Shown here one piece after another: positions 1-9,533 of a stretch of DNA of 64,000 nucleotides. The stretch is from contig OY968762.1 in the NCBI GenBank assembly GCA_963695225.1, positions 704,001 to 768,000 of the forward strand, read 5' to 3'. Every line of letters begins with the position of its first letter. Position 1 is the first letter of the stretch. This DNA is from Vulcanimicrobiota bacterium (GTDB taxonomy: Bacteria; Vulcanimicrobiota; Vulcanimicrobiia; Vulcanimicrobiales; Vulcanimicrobiaceae). The translations under genes were made by a program, and so were the position numbers. The notes below the pieces were generated by a model that was not told the DNA's origin, did not search any database, and saw only the letters and a program-made list of their open reading frames with translations.

Positions 1-612
1 GCTGACGACGATCACCCCCGGGCTCGTGCGGCGCGCGAGCCACTGGACGAGCCCTTGGAATTCGAGCGGCGCGACCCACACGAGCCGGCCGCCCTCGACT
101 TGGATGTCGTATTTCCCGACCCGGTAGTAGGCGCCGAGCTGGCCGATCACTTTCTCGCCCGCGAAAATCGCCGCTTCCTCGGGCACGACGCGCAGGTGTT
201 CGAGCGAGGCGTTCGGCGGCGCGGCCTTCGAGATCGTCACGTCCGGGATGTCGCGCAGGCCGCTCGCATCGACGATCGGCGCGAGCGCCAGCACGCCCGC
301 GAACGCTCCGAGCGCGCCGATCGCGCCCGCGTAGGGGACGAGCGAGGGCTTGCGCAGCGAGACGATCCGCCGCGACGCGATGATCGTCCGGGCCGCGAGC
401 ACTACGCTGAACCCGACGTTCGGGACCAGCGTCAGCAAGAGCAGGACGAACGCCTGCGGGAAGACGAGCGCCGGCATCTCCGAATAGACGTAGGCCCACA
501 CGATCGGCACGCCGATCGCGAGGCGGAGCTGCTGGCCGCGCCACCAGCCTGCGGAGAAATCGAGGTTCACGAGGCCGAGCGAGATGAAGGCGGTGGCGAG
601 GAGGGCGACCAT
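1..612 (-). CDS. membrane protein, hypothetical (3' end runs off window)
   Basis: Manual translation from ATG 612: MVALLATAFISLGLVNLDF...several hydrophobic segments...WVAPLEFQGLVQW; open to the window edge. Confidence 0.65.
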   Translation of the reverse strand, partial: MVALLATAFISLGLVNLDFSAGWWRGQQLRLAIGVPIVWAYVYSEMPALVFPQAFVLLLLTLVPNVGFSVVLAARTIIASRRIVSLRKPSLVPYAGAIGALGAFAGVLALAPIVDASGLRDIPDVTISKAAPPNASLEHLRVVPEEAAIFAGEKVIGQLGAYYRVGKYDIQVEGGRLVWVAPLEFQGLVQWLARRTSPGVIVVS

Positions 613-705
613 CGGCGAGGACCCTTCGCCTCGCGCTTGGGAAACCCACCCCGGCCTCACGCCGGGACTAGCGGAGCGTCGTCGAGGGCGCGATCGATCG
701 GCACG

Positions 706-1041
706 ATGCTGACACTGCACGATGCGATCCTGCGCGGCGAGCGCCGCGAAGTCGCCTTCAGCGCGACCGTCACCTCGGCGCCGCGCTTCTTCTTCGGCTC
801 GCGGACCCACGCCGAGCACGAAGCGTTCTACGTTCGCGCGCGCGACGGAACCGCGCTCGAGGTCGTCGACAACGTGCTGCTCGCACCGCCGGTACCCGTC
901 CACGTCGGCGACGGCGTCCGCCTCAAGGGCGAACTCGTCCCGCAGACCGAGTATGGGCCGATGCTGCATTGGACGCATCACGATCCGGCGCACCGCCATC
1001 CCGACGGCTACATCGACGTCGGCGGGAGGCGCTACGCTTGA
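706..1041 (+). CDS. DUF3465-like protein
   Basis: C-terminal part of ORF 55..1041 from ATG 706; HWTHHDP..RHPDGYI motif. Confidence 0.7.
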   Translation: MLTLHDAILRGERREVAFSATVTSAPRFFFGSRTHAEHEAFYVRARDGTALEVVDNVLLAPPVPVHVGDGVRLKGELVPQTEYGPMLHWTHHDPAHRHPDGYIDVGGRRYA

Positions 1042-1059
1042 CCGGCCTCTGTTGCGGCG

Positions 1060-1830
1060 CTATTTCGCGCCGGAGGATCCGGGCCGGGCGTTCTCGGCCA
1101 GGAGTTCGGGGATCGTGACGAACCGGTAACCCTTCGCGTGCAGCGCATCGATGATCTCGCGCGTCGCCGCAATCTCTTGCGCGCGGTCGCACGCCCGGGG
1201 CGGCAGCTTCGCACGGGCACAGAGCAAGCCCCGGTTCCCGTCGTGCAGCACGACGATGCTCCCGTCGCGCACGCGGGAAACGACGCGCGCCGAGATCGTC
1301 CGGTCGCCCGGCTGCTCCCAATCGTTCGGCAGGCGATCGGACCACATCACGACGGTGTACCCTTCGCGTTTCGCCTCGGCCATCAGCGAGAAGTCACGTT
1401 GCCCGAACGGCGGACGCATCAAACGCGGGCGCACGTTCGCGATCCGCGCAAGCGCGTCGTCGGTCAGCGTCAGCTCGCGACGCACGAACTCCGCCGGTTT
1501 GCCCAGCAAGTGCGCGTGGTCCCACGAATGGTTCCCGAGCGCGTGCCCCTCGGCGGCGATGCGCCGTATCGCGTTCGGGTACGCCTGCGCCGCTTCGCCC
1601 ACGACGAAGAACGTCGCGTGCACGCGCTCGGCCTTGAGAACGTCGAGGATCCGTTCGGTGTACGGCGGGTTCGGGCCGTCGTCGAACGTGAGCGCGACGA
1701 CGGGCTCGGTACGCGGCCCGCTGACGAGCGTCGCGCCGAAGAGCTGGTTGCGCGGGTCCTCGACGAGCTTCCAGCCCAGATACGCCGCGCTCGCGAGGAC
1801 GAGCGCGATCAGAATCGCCCCCAGTCTCAG
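1060..1830 (-). CDS. polysaccharide deacetylase (NodB/CE4), N-terminal membrane anchor
   Basis: ALTFDDGP, GNHSWDH, MRPPFG, IVVLHDG motifs; probable CTG start overlapping the upstream TGA. Confidence 0.85.
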   Translation of the reverse strand: MRLGAILIALVLASAAYLGWKLVEDPRNQLFGATLVSGPRTEPVVALTFDDGPNPPYTERILDVLKAERVHATFFVVGEAAQAYPNAIRRIAAEGHALGNHSWDHAHLLGKPAEFVRRELTLTDDALARIANVRPRLMRPPFGQRDFSLMAEAKREGYTVVMWSDRLPNDWEQPGDRTISARVVSRVRDGSIVVLHDGNRGLLCARAKLPPRACDRAQEIAATREIIDALHAKGYRFVTIPELLAENARPGSSGAK

Positions 1831-2489
1831 GTGCGCGCCCGCAGCCGCGCCTGGACGGCCGCGACGCGCGACCGGAACGCCGGCGTCCCGAACTCCAGGA
1901 AGTCCTCGACGAGCCGCCCGTAGCGAGGTTCCGCGAGCGTCGTCCCCTCCAGCTCGAGCAGATTCGGGAGCGGTTTGCCGCGCTCGAGGTGGATCCGGTA
2001 TTCCCGCCCCGCGTTGCGCGCCCAGTACGCCGGATCGGTGAACGAGAAGCGATGCTCGCCATGCTGTTCGTCGATCCATTGGTAGACGTAGATCTCGTAG
2101 CGCGTCGCGGTATCGCCGCGGAGCGGGCGGCTCCCAAGCTCCCAGATGCCGTCGGCAACGGCCTTGCCGAACGCGAACGAAACATCGGTCGTCCGGCGCG
2201 GCAACGAAGCGATCCTGATCTGCATGCCCGCCCGTCCGAGGGCGCGGTACTCGGCGCTCGAGATGCCGTCGAGGTTCGTCAGGCGATACTCTTCTTCCGC
2301 AATCGGGCCGCGCTCGCGCCGGATCAGGAGGTTCATGCGAATCTCCGAGCGGGAGTGGGCGACCCGGCGGGCCGCTTCATACCCGGCCCGCTGCGTGCGG
2401 TCGAAGATCAACCAGCCGCTCCCAAGTGCGATCAGTGCGGCGAGCAGGACGAAGAGCGGGACGATCGAGCGAGGCATTCGACCTTTCAC
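1827..2489 (-). CDS. hypothetical membrane-anchored protein
   Basis: N-terminal hydrophobic helix, protein-like composition, lies within an operon; start 2489 or 2477. Confidence 0.65.
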   Translation of the reverse strand: MKGRMPRSIVPLFVLLAALIALGSGWLIFDRTQRAGYEAARRVAHSRSEIRMNLLIRRERGPIAEEEYRLTNLDGISSAEYRALGRAGMQIRIASLPRRTTDVSFAFGKAVADGIWELGSRPLRGDTATRYEIYVYQWIDEQHGEHRFSFTDPAYWARNAGREYRIHLERGKPLPNLLELEGTTLAEPRYGRLVEDFLEFGTPAFRSRVAAVQARLRART

Positions 2490-2533
2490 CTTCGATTCGG
2501 CGCTCGCCGGCCCCGCGCGGGGCCGGCCCTCGT

Positions 2534-2947
2534 TCAGCCTGCCGCCGCCGCCCGTTCGTCGAGGACGCGGTTGACGACCGCATCGGCCGCCGCGTTCTCC
2601 TTGCGGCGCACGTGGGCGATATCGACGCGCCGCAGCCGCGCGAGCAGTTTGCGCGCCCGCGCGGCGAGCGGGATCAAGTCGGGATGCTTGACGCGATAGA
2701 CGCCCGTCAACTGGCGCACGACGAGTTCGCTATCGAGCCGGATGGCGAGCTCCTCGACGCCGAGTTCGAGCGCCGCATCAAGGCCGGCGAGCAGCGCGCG
2801 CCACTCGGCAACGTTGTTCGTTGCGATTCCGACGTACTCGCCGATCTCGCGCAGCACGCTGCCGTCCTCGGCGAACAACACGGCACCGGCGGCCGCGGGT
2901 CCCGGGTTTCCGCGCGAGCCGCCGTCTGCGAAGAGTTTTGCCTTCAC
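2534..2947 (-). CDS. rnhA: ribonuclease HI family protein
   Basis: ADGGSRGNPGPA, TNNVAEW, LDSELVVRQ, HVRRKENAAAD; GTG start coupled to upstream stop. Confidence 0.9.
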   Translation of the reverse strand: MKAKLFADGGSRGNPGPAAAGAVLFAEDGSVLREIGEYVGIATNNVAEWRALLAGLDAALELGVEELAIRLDSELVVRQLTGVYRVKHPDLIPLAARARKLLARLRRVDIAHVRRKENAAADAVVNRVLDERAAAAG

Positions 2948-3369
2948 GCCGGATCCTTCTGCGCGATCGCCTCGCCGTCGACGACGAGCTCGCCGCGTTG
3001 ATTCGTCACCGTCGTGCGGCAGCGCAGCCGCCGCCGTTCGGTGAGGACCTCGAGGACTTCCGTACACGCGGTGAGCGTGTCGCCGATGAAAACCGGGCGA
3101 AGGAACCGCAGCGTCTGCGCGACCATGAGGCCGCCGGGCTTCTGGAGCAGCATGCCGTTCGTCGCCGAAAGCAGGCCCGCGGACAACATTCCGTGCGCGG
3201 CCCGCTGTCCGAAGCGCGTCGTCTTAGCGTACTCCGCATCGACGTGCAGCGGATACTGATCCCCGCTGACCGCCGCGAACAACAAGATGTCGGCTTCGGA
3301 GATCGTCTTCGAGAACGCGGCGCGATCGCCCACTGCGAACGCCTCGAACGGCTTGACTTCGTAGAACAC
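2944..3369 (-). CDS. MaoC family (R)-hydratase/dehydratase
   Basis: FAAVSGDQYPLHVD...AHGML hot-dog motif. Confidence 0.85.
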   Translation of the reverse strand: MFYEVKPFEAFAVGDRAAFSKTISEADILLFAAVSGDQYPLHVDAEYAKTTRFGQRAAHGMLSAGLLSATNGMLLQKPGGLMVAQTLRFLRPVFIGDTLTACTEVLEVLTERRRLRCRTTVTNQRGELVVDGEAIAQKDPA

Positions 3370-3377
3370 GGTGCCCC

Positions 3378-4433
3378 CTATCGAAATTGCGCGAGAAATG
3401 CGGATGCGGCGCCGATCTCGACGCCCGCCCGCGCGTAGCGGAGCGGCAGCGCCGCAGCGTCCGCGGGTGCCGCGCAGAGCGGCGAAGCGGTTCCGTTCGT
3501 CGCGCGCAGCGTGCAGCGCCCGGCGCCCGCCGGGACGAGTGCCGTAGAATACGGCTCCAGCCGGACGGCGGTGCCGTTCGCCGCGACCTCGAGCGGATCG
3601 GCCTGGGCCGTTAGCGCGATCGGGCAGCCCTCGAGCGCGAGCCCGCGCGGCGTGCCGTCGAGCTCGAACCGCTCGAACCAAAAGCGCGAGTCCGCGACCA
3701 GCGTCGTGCGCCGCAGTCCGTCCAGCACGTAGTCGAACGGCTGGACGGTCGTCCGCCGCGCGGCGCCGTAATCGAGCACGTCGGCCGCCTTCTCGACGTG
3801 CAGCGGGCGCGGCTTGCCGTCGGGCCCCGGCCGGTTCCAATCGAAGATGCGATAGGTCAGATCGCTTGCCTGCTGCACTTCGAAGAGGGCGACGCCCGAC
3901 CCGATCGCGTGCAGCGTCCCTGCCGGCAGATAGAAGACGTCGCCCGCGCGGACCGGAATCGAGCGCAGGATCTCGCCGAGCGAACCTTCGCCGGCGCGGC
4001 GCTCGAATTCCGCGCGATCCGTATCGCGCCGCCAGCCGAGAACGAGCGTGGCCTCGGCCTCGGCGGCGAGGATCAGCCAGCACTCCGTCTTGCCGACGGG
4101 CTGCCCTTCGACGCGCTGCGCGTAGTCATCGCCGGGATGGACTTGCACGGAGAGCGGGGCGCGCGCGTCGATCAGCTTCGTGAGCAGCGGGAACCGCTGG
4201 GCCGCCCCGATCCGGCCCATCAGCGCCTCGCCGAGTTCGCCCCGCAACGAGGCGATCGTCTTCCCCGCATGGATGCCGTTGCGAACGCGGTTCTCGTCCC
4301 AACACTCCCAGGCTTCGCCGATCCGTGCGTTCGGATCTCCGGCCTTCCCGTACCGCCGGACGAGCGCGTCGCCGCCCCAGATCGAAGGGACGAGCTTCGG
4401 CTCGATCAGGAACGGATAGAGCGCTTCCGTCAT
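3378..4433 (-). CDS. manA: type I mannose-6-phosphate isomerase
   Basis: IWGG, LLTKLIDA..LSVQVHP, KTECW, GTLHAIG, EVQQASDLTYR. Confidence 0.9.
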   Translation of the reverse strand: MTEALYPFLIEPKLVPSIWGGDALVRRYGKAGDPNARIGEAWECWDENRVRNGIHAGKTIASLRGELGEALMGRIGAAQRFPLLTKLIDARAPLSVQVHPGDDYAQRVEGQPVGKTECWLILAAEAEATLVLGWRRDTDRAEFERRAGEGSLGEILRSIPVRAGDVFYLPAGTLHAIGSGVALFEVQQASDLTYRIFDWNRPGPDGKPRPLHVEKAADVLDYGAARRTTVQPFDYVLDGLRRTTLVADSRFWFERFELDGTPRGLALEGCPIALTAQADPLEVAANGTAVRLEPYSTALVPAGAGRCTLRATNGTASPLCAAPADAAALPLRYARAGVEIGAASAFLAQFR

Positions 4434-4512
4434 GCCGCGAGAACGGTCCATCTCCGCGACGTTGCGCCCGCGCGGTCGTCCGGCCCTGCCCGCCGCCCAG
4501 TCAGGGGCGCGG

Positions 4513-5187
4513 CTAGATCGAATTCTGCTCGACGCGCAGCGCGAGTTGCTGGTGGGCGGTGAGCCCGAGATCCCCGCGCGAGGAAGCGTGATCCAGGCCG
4601 TCGCTGTGGTACACGAGGACGATCGCGCTCCCCGCAGCCAGGTGGTGCGGGACGGTGACCGCGACCGTCGCGCTGCCGTCCACGGAAGCGTCGAAGTTGT
4701 TCTGCGTCCCCTCGCCGTCGAGCGGCGCGAACGTCGCCCCGTCCGGGGAAAGGGTTGCCTCGAAGAGGCTGTACCGGCCGAACGCGATCAGGTGCGAGAA
4801 CGAGAACGTGATCCGGTCGTTCCCGCCGGCGAGCGTCGCGATGTCTGCGGAACCGCGCGCGGCGAACCACTTCCCGAGCGTGAAACCAAGCGACGCACCC
4901 TGCGCGTTCGAAGCGACGCTCTCCGGTGCGTCCTCGAGGCGGGCGGCCCGGAAACCAGCGACGTGCTCGATGTTCTGCGGGCCGGCACCCGCGGTCGCCG
5001 CCGGGTCCGCCACGTACACCTGCGGGTCGACGGCCGTCGCCTTCTTCGTTTCTTGGGAATAAAAGGTCGCATGCGTGGTGAACGGCAACTCCGCCGCCCT
5101 CGCGGGCCCGACCGGCCCGGCCAGCGCCGCGGCCCCGATGCAGATTCCCGCCAACGCGCGACGAAGGGGCTGCCAGCGAACGTTCAT
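4513..5187 (-). CDS. secreted hypothetical protein
   Basis: Signal peptide ending ARA-A; globular body with YHSDG/HQQL. Confidence 0.65.
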   Translation of the reverse strand: MNVRWQPLRRALAGICIGAAALAGPVGPARAAELPFTTHATFYSQETKKATAVDPQVYVADPAATAGAGPQNIEHVAGFRAARLEDAPESVASNAQGASLGFTLGKWFAARGSADIATLAGGNDRITFSFSHLIAFGRYSLFEATLSPDGATFAPLDGEGTQNNFDASVDGSATVAVTVPHHLAAGSAIVLVYHSDGLDHASSRGDLGLTAHQQLALRVEQNSI

Positions 5188-5312
5188 ACGGGGATTCCCT
5201 TTCCGATCAGACGAGGACGCTTCCGACGCTGAGTCCCGATCTCGCCTTTCAAGCTTGCGCCAATGCGGCGGCCGCCGCCTACGCCGCCCGGCCGCCGTTC
5301 ATAACGTATCGC

Positions 5313-5963
5313 GTGGTCGCCCACGTGAGCGTTCCGTCGTTGAAACGCGAGCGAGACGTGATCCGTTCCGTCATGGTCCGTACGCGCGACGACCTCGCCG
5401 TGATTCAAGACCTCCCCCGCGGCCGCAACCAGCTCGGCCGGAGCTTCCCCGTCACTCCGGTGTTCGATGCGATCTCGAGCTTCGGGTTCAACTGGAGCGT
5501 CACGCGAACGGGTGCCCTGACCGCCTACGTTCACGACATCGTCCCGCTGACGTTCGCCCCGCCCCAGCAGAACGGCGCCGACGTCGTCGTCTCACGGCTG
5601 CGCTACTTTCATGCGGACTATGCGCCGGATACGAGCGATGCGCCCGACGGCCTGACGCACATCACGATGCAGCCGTATCAGTTCTTGCTCGACCAAGTTC
5701 CGCGCGACGACTTGTTCTTCAACGACGTCTTCTGCAGCAACGAAACCAAGCTGCCGACGCACGTCCGCTCGGTCGGCGGACACGAATCGCAGCTCGTCGT
5801 CGATTACGGCATCGTCGAAGGGCATTGGCTCGTCCAGCACGTGCACTACGAAGACACGTACATCGGCCCGCTCTCTCTCTTCCGCGTGCATTCGAGCGCG
5901 AACGCCGATTACAGCGAGTTCACGTTCCCGGCGACCGCTCCCGATCCGCGTCTTGCCGAGTGA
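5313..5963 (+). CDS. hypothetical protein (true start possibly CTG 5229)
   Basis: 216-aa ORF with typical codon usage; frame stays open upstream. Confidence 0.6.
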   Translation: MVAHVSVPSLKRERDVIRSVMVRTRDDLAVIQDLPRGRNQLGRSFPVTPVFDAISSFGFNWSVTRTGALTAYVHDIVPLTFAPPQQNGADVVVSRLRYFHADYAPDTSDAPDGLTHITMQPYQFLLDQVPRDDLFFNDVFCSNETKLPTHVRSVGGHESQLVVDYGIVEGHWLVQHVHYEDTYIGPLSLFRVHSSANADYSEFTFPATAPDPRLAE

Positions 5964-6003
5964 TGCGGGCAACCTCGAGCGCGCTTTCGGTGCGTGCCGG
6001 ATT

Positions 6004-6091
6004 CGGAGAGGGAGAGATTCGAACTCTCGGAACGCTCATCACGTTCGCCCGCTTTCGAGGCGGGTGCCTTCAACCACTCGACCACCTCTCC
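6004..6091 (-). tRNA. tRNA-Ser(CGA)
   Basis: GGAGAGG acceptor, anticodon arm CCCGC-CTCGAAA-GCGGG, long variable arm, GTTCGAATC; CCA not encoded. Confidence 0.95.
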
Positions 6092-6141
6092 GCGATGGTT
6101 CACGAGGCGCGGGGAACCCGCGCGACCTACCGTATATCGCG

Positions 6142-6767
<626 letters not shown>

Positions 6768-6791
6768 ATGCTCCATGCTAGTTGGAGGGGA

Positions 6792-7031
6792 TTACTTCGG
6801 GTCCTCCGGTGAGAGCGGAGCGGCGGCCGGAAGGTGCTTGAACAGATCGAGCTTGTGGTCGACGAGCCCGCGGTAGAACTTCCGTACGCAATCCGGGTGC
6901 CCGAAGAAGTACGTCCGCGCGTACGCGAGATCGTCGCCCGAGGAATCCGGAACGTAATGCGAGATCTCGATCTCTTCCATCTGCCCCCGGTCGACGGGAT
7001 GCGGACAGAAATCGCAGGGGATCGTTGACAT
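6792..7031 (-). CDS. small hypothetical protein with CxxC...HxxC
   Basis: 79 aa, AAGGTGG upstream, fills the gap between tRNAs. Confidence 0.6.
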   Translation of the reverse strand: MSTIPCDFCPHPVDRGQMEEIEISHYVPDSSGDDLAYARTYFFGHPDCVRKFYRGLVDHKLDLFKHLPAAAPLSPEDPK

Positions 7032-7059
7032 TTGGGGCGCCCACCTTAAAAGAAATTCG

Positions 7060-7131
7060 TGACTCGGGCAGGATTTGAACCTGCGACCTAGGGCTTATGA
7101 GTCCCCCGCTCTACCGCTGAGCTACCGAGCC
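7060..7131 (-). tRNA. tRNA with CAT anticodon (Ile2 or elongator Met)
   Basis: GGCTCGGTAGCTCAG...CTCATAA...GGTTCAAATCC; G1-C72 paired so not initiator. Confidence 0.9.
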
Positions 7132-7335
7132 GCGCGCTGGTCGCGTTCATTCGACGTCGACCGATAGAAAAACCCGCTCGGCCGCGTGAAGGTTCCGGCG
7201 AGCCCGCGCCGGAGGCGCGAGGACCGACCGGCCCGCCCCAGTATCGCGCGCCGGGCGCATTTCGTCCAGACTACCGTCCGATTCGGCTCCGCTCGTGCTC
7301 CGCGAGAGAGGCGAGGGCGCCGGCGGGAAAGGCAT

Positions 7336-7371
7336 GAAAAAGCCCGCAAACGCTTGATCCACGGGCTTCTT
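7336..7371 (-). terminator. hairpin plus U-tract after tRNA-Arg(ACG)
   Basis: AAGCCCG...CGGGCTTTTT on minus strand. Confidence 0.55.
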
Positions 7372-7374
7372 CGG

Positions 7375-7451
7375 TGGCGCGGTCGGAGGGACTCGAACCC
7401 CCAACCTACAAGTTCGTAGCCTGTTGCTCTATCCAATTGAGCTACGACCGC
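7375..7451 (-). tRNA. tRNA-Arg(ACG)
   Basis: Cloverleaf, CTACGAA loop, encoded CCA. Confidence 0.95.
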
Positions 7452-7528
7452 ACGGCCGCGCGCACGACGCGGCGACTGCGCATACTACCGCGCGGCGCCG
7501 GGGTTCCCTGCCGAACGGTCGATGACTT

Positions 7529-7618
7529 CGGAGAGAGAGGGATTCGAACCCTCGATACGCTTTGACAGCGTATAACGGTTTAGCAAACCGCCGCCTTCAG
7601 CCGCTCGGCCATCTCTCC
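7529..7618 (-). tRNA. tRNA-Ser(GCT)
   Basis: GGAGAGA acceptor, TTGCTAA loop, long variable arm; CCA not encoded. Confidence 0.95.
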
Positions 7619-7724
7619 GCGCTCGCGCGAACCGGTTTCGTTCATCGGGTTTCCCGCTCCCGTTTTCCTGCCCCGGCAAGCGCCCCGGCCGCAAATCGAG
7701 CGGCTGCCCACCGCGGAATGCATG

Positions 7725-7985
7725 GTAGCGTCCGGAACGGGGCGGGGTTCCTCCGCGGGGCGTGCAGCTTGCCCGCGGAGCCATGATGGCAGGCGGGGTC
7801 CCCACGCGCTTTGCGTGTGGGGGGCGCGGAGCCGCAGGCGGAGCGCCTGTTCAACTCGATGGGTTCCCGCGCTGCGCAGCAGCGTGGGAGCAGGTGCACG
7901 AGTAGCCGTTTCGCATGGATGCGAAACGGCGGGCGTCCCCGCGGGGGAACCTCGCCCCGATCCGGACGCGGGCCACGCGAAAAGC
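7725..7985 (+). repeat. GTAG-initiated nested structured repeat, copy 1 (with internal insertion)
   Basis: ~33-bp outer inverted repeat; inner GTAGCCGTTTCGCATGGATGCGAAACGGCGGGC hairpin; homologous to 43766 and 60070. Confidence 0.85.
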
Positions 7986-8068
7986 TCACACTTCGACGGG
8001 CAGCATCTTCATTCGCACCCATGTGGCCCCGCGCGGGCCACACTATACTCCAGGTAACATTTGATAGC

Positions 8069-9193
8069 TCAGGCGCCCGCAAGCTGCGCGACGAGGCGCG
8101 CGACGTCGAGCGCGGCGTCCGGACGCCGGAGCGCCTCGATGTTCGCGCGCATGCGCTGCACCGCGGGCCCGGAGCGCAGGACGTCGCGAACCGCCCGGGC
8201 GATCGCGCGCGGGCCGGCGACGCGCAGCGCGGCGCGCCGCGAGACGAGATAGCGCGTGTTGCGCTCCTCTTGGCCCGGCAACGGTTTGACGAGGACCATC
8301 GGCAAGCGGGCGGCCAGCGCCTCCGACGAGGTCAAGCCCCCGGGCTTGGTGAGCAGCACGTCGCTCGCGTGCATGTAGTCGTAGACGTTGTCGACGAAGC
8401 CGCGCACGCGCAGCGGATACTCGATCCGCCCGGCGGCCTCCCGCACGCGCCGTTCGATGCGCCGGTTCCTCCCGATGACGATCGCGCCCGCGATCGGTTC
8501 GTCGAGTTCGGCGAGCGCGCGCATCATCACGTCGAGCGGTCCGATGCCGAGTCCGCCCCCCATCATCAAAACGATCTTGCGGTCCGGGGGCAGGTCGAGC
8601 CGCGCGCACAGCTCCTCGCGCCGGCCCGCCGCTTCCCCGAAGCGCGGGTCGACCGGGATCCCCGAAATCACGATGCGCTCCTCGCGCACGCCGCGCGCCA
8701 GCAGGGCGGCGCGCATCTCCGGGGTCGCGACCGCGTACCCGTCGACGTCGCGATAGATCCAAAACGGATGCACGACGAAATCCGTCACGACCCCGATCAC
8801 CGGCAAGTCCGGTGCGTACAGCCGTTTGTACGCGGCCATCACGCCGCACGGAAACGCGTGCGTGCAGACGACCGCGGCCGGGTTCATCCCCTCGATCAGT
8901 TCGCGCAGGTTTGCCGCCGTGAACCCGCTGAGCCACTTACGGAACGGTCCGGCTTCCTTCGCGCGCTCCGCGCGCTCGTAGATCACGCGGTAGAGCTGCG
9001 GAACGGTCTTCACCATCCCGATGTAGCCGTCCGCGACGACCTTCGAGAAGACCGACGCCGCGTACTGATAGGAGTCCACGATCTCGCTCTCGATCGGGGG
9101 ATCGAGCGTCGCGAGGGCGGCGCCGACGGCTCGGGCCGCCGCGATATGCCCGCCCCCGACCGCGGCGGTCAGGAACAGGATCCGCCGCGGCAA
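8069..9193 (-). CDS. MGDG synthase/UgtP-like diacylglycerol glycosyltransferase (GT28)
   Basis: VGGGHIAAA, VCTHAFP, VVTDF, TKPGGLTSSEA, PGQEERN. Confidence 0.88.
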   Translation of the reverse strand: MPRRILFLTAAVGGGHIAAARAVGAALATLDPPIESEIVDSYQYAASVFSKVVADGYIGMVKTVPQLYRVIYERAERAKEAGPFRKWLSGFTAANLRELIEGMNPAAVVCTHAFPCGVMAAYKRLYAPDLPVIGVVTDFVVHPFWIYRDVDGYAVATPEMRAALLARGVREERIVISGIPVDPRFGEAAGRREELCARLDLPPDRKIVLMMGGGLGIGPLDVMMRALAELDEPIAGAIVIGRNRRIERRVREAAGRIEYPLRVRGFVDNVYDYMHASDVLLTKPGGLTSSEALAARLPMVLVKPLPGQEERNTRYLVSRRAALRVAGPRAIARAVRDVLRSGPAVQRMRANIEALRRPDAALDVARLVAQLAGA

Positions 9194-9197
9194 GCCT

Positions 9198-9524
9198 TTA
9201 GTGCGGATGCGGGTGGTCGTGCTCCGCGTGGTCGTGGCCGGAGTGATCCTCTCCGTCCTGCGATTCCTCGGCGAGAACGAAGAAATCGTCGAGGATCTCC
9301 TGCGCGAGCGCTTCGTCTTCGAGCAGTTTCCCGGAGTCGTCGGTTACGACGAACTCGTCGGCGGGCTCGCAATAGCAGACCGCGTAGCCGTTGTTCTCGT
9401 CGTCCTCGACGATGCCGACGACTTCGAACTCGAGCTTCTGCCCGTCGTTCGTCTCCACGATGAGGACGTCGCGGAGTTCGACTTTGCCTTCTGCTCCACT
9501 CGTCTCTCCGTTGTGCGCGTCGAT
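9198..9524 (-). CDS. DUF1292-like acidic small protein with His-rich tail
   Basis: Acidic, LEFEVVGI; sits next to mltG/ruvX as DUF1292 genes commonly do; AGGAGG then in-frame ATC at 9524 (alternative GTG 9458). Confidence 0.6.
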   Translation of the reverse strand: MDAHNGETSGAEGKVELRDVLIVETNDGQKLEFEVVGIVEDDENNGYAVCYCEPADEFVVTDDSGKLLEDEALAQEILDDFFVLAEESQDGEDHSGHDHAEHDHPHPH

Positions 9525-9533
9525 GGCAGCCTC

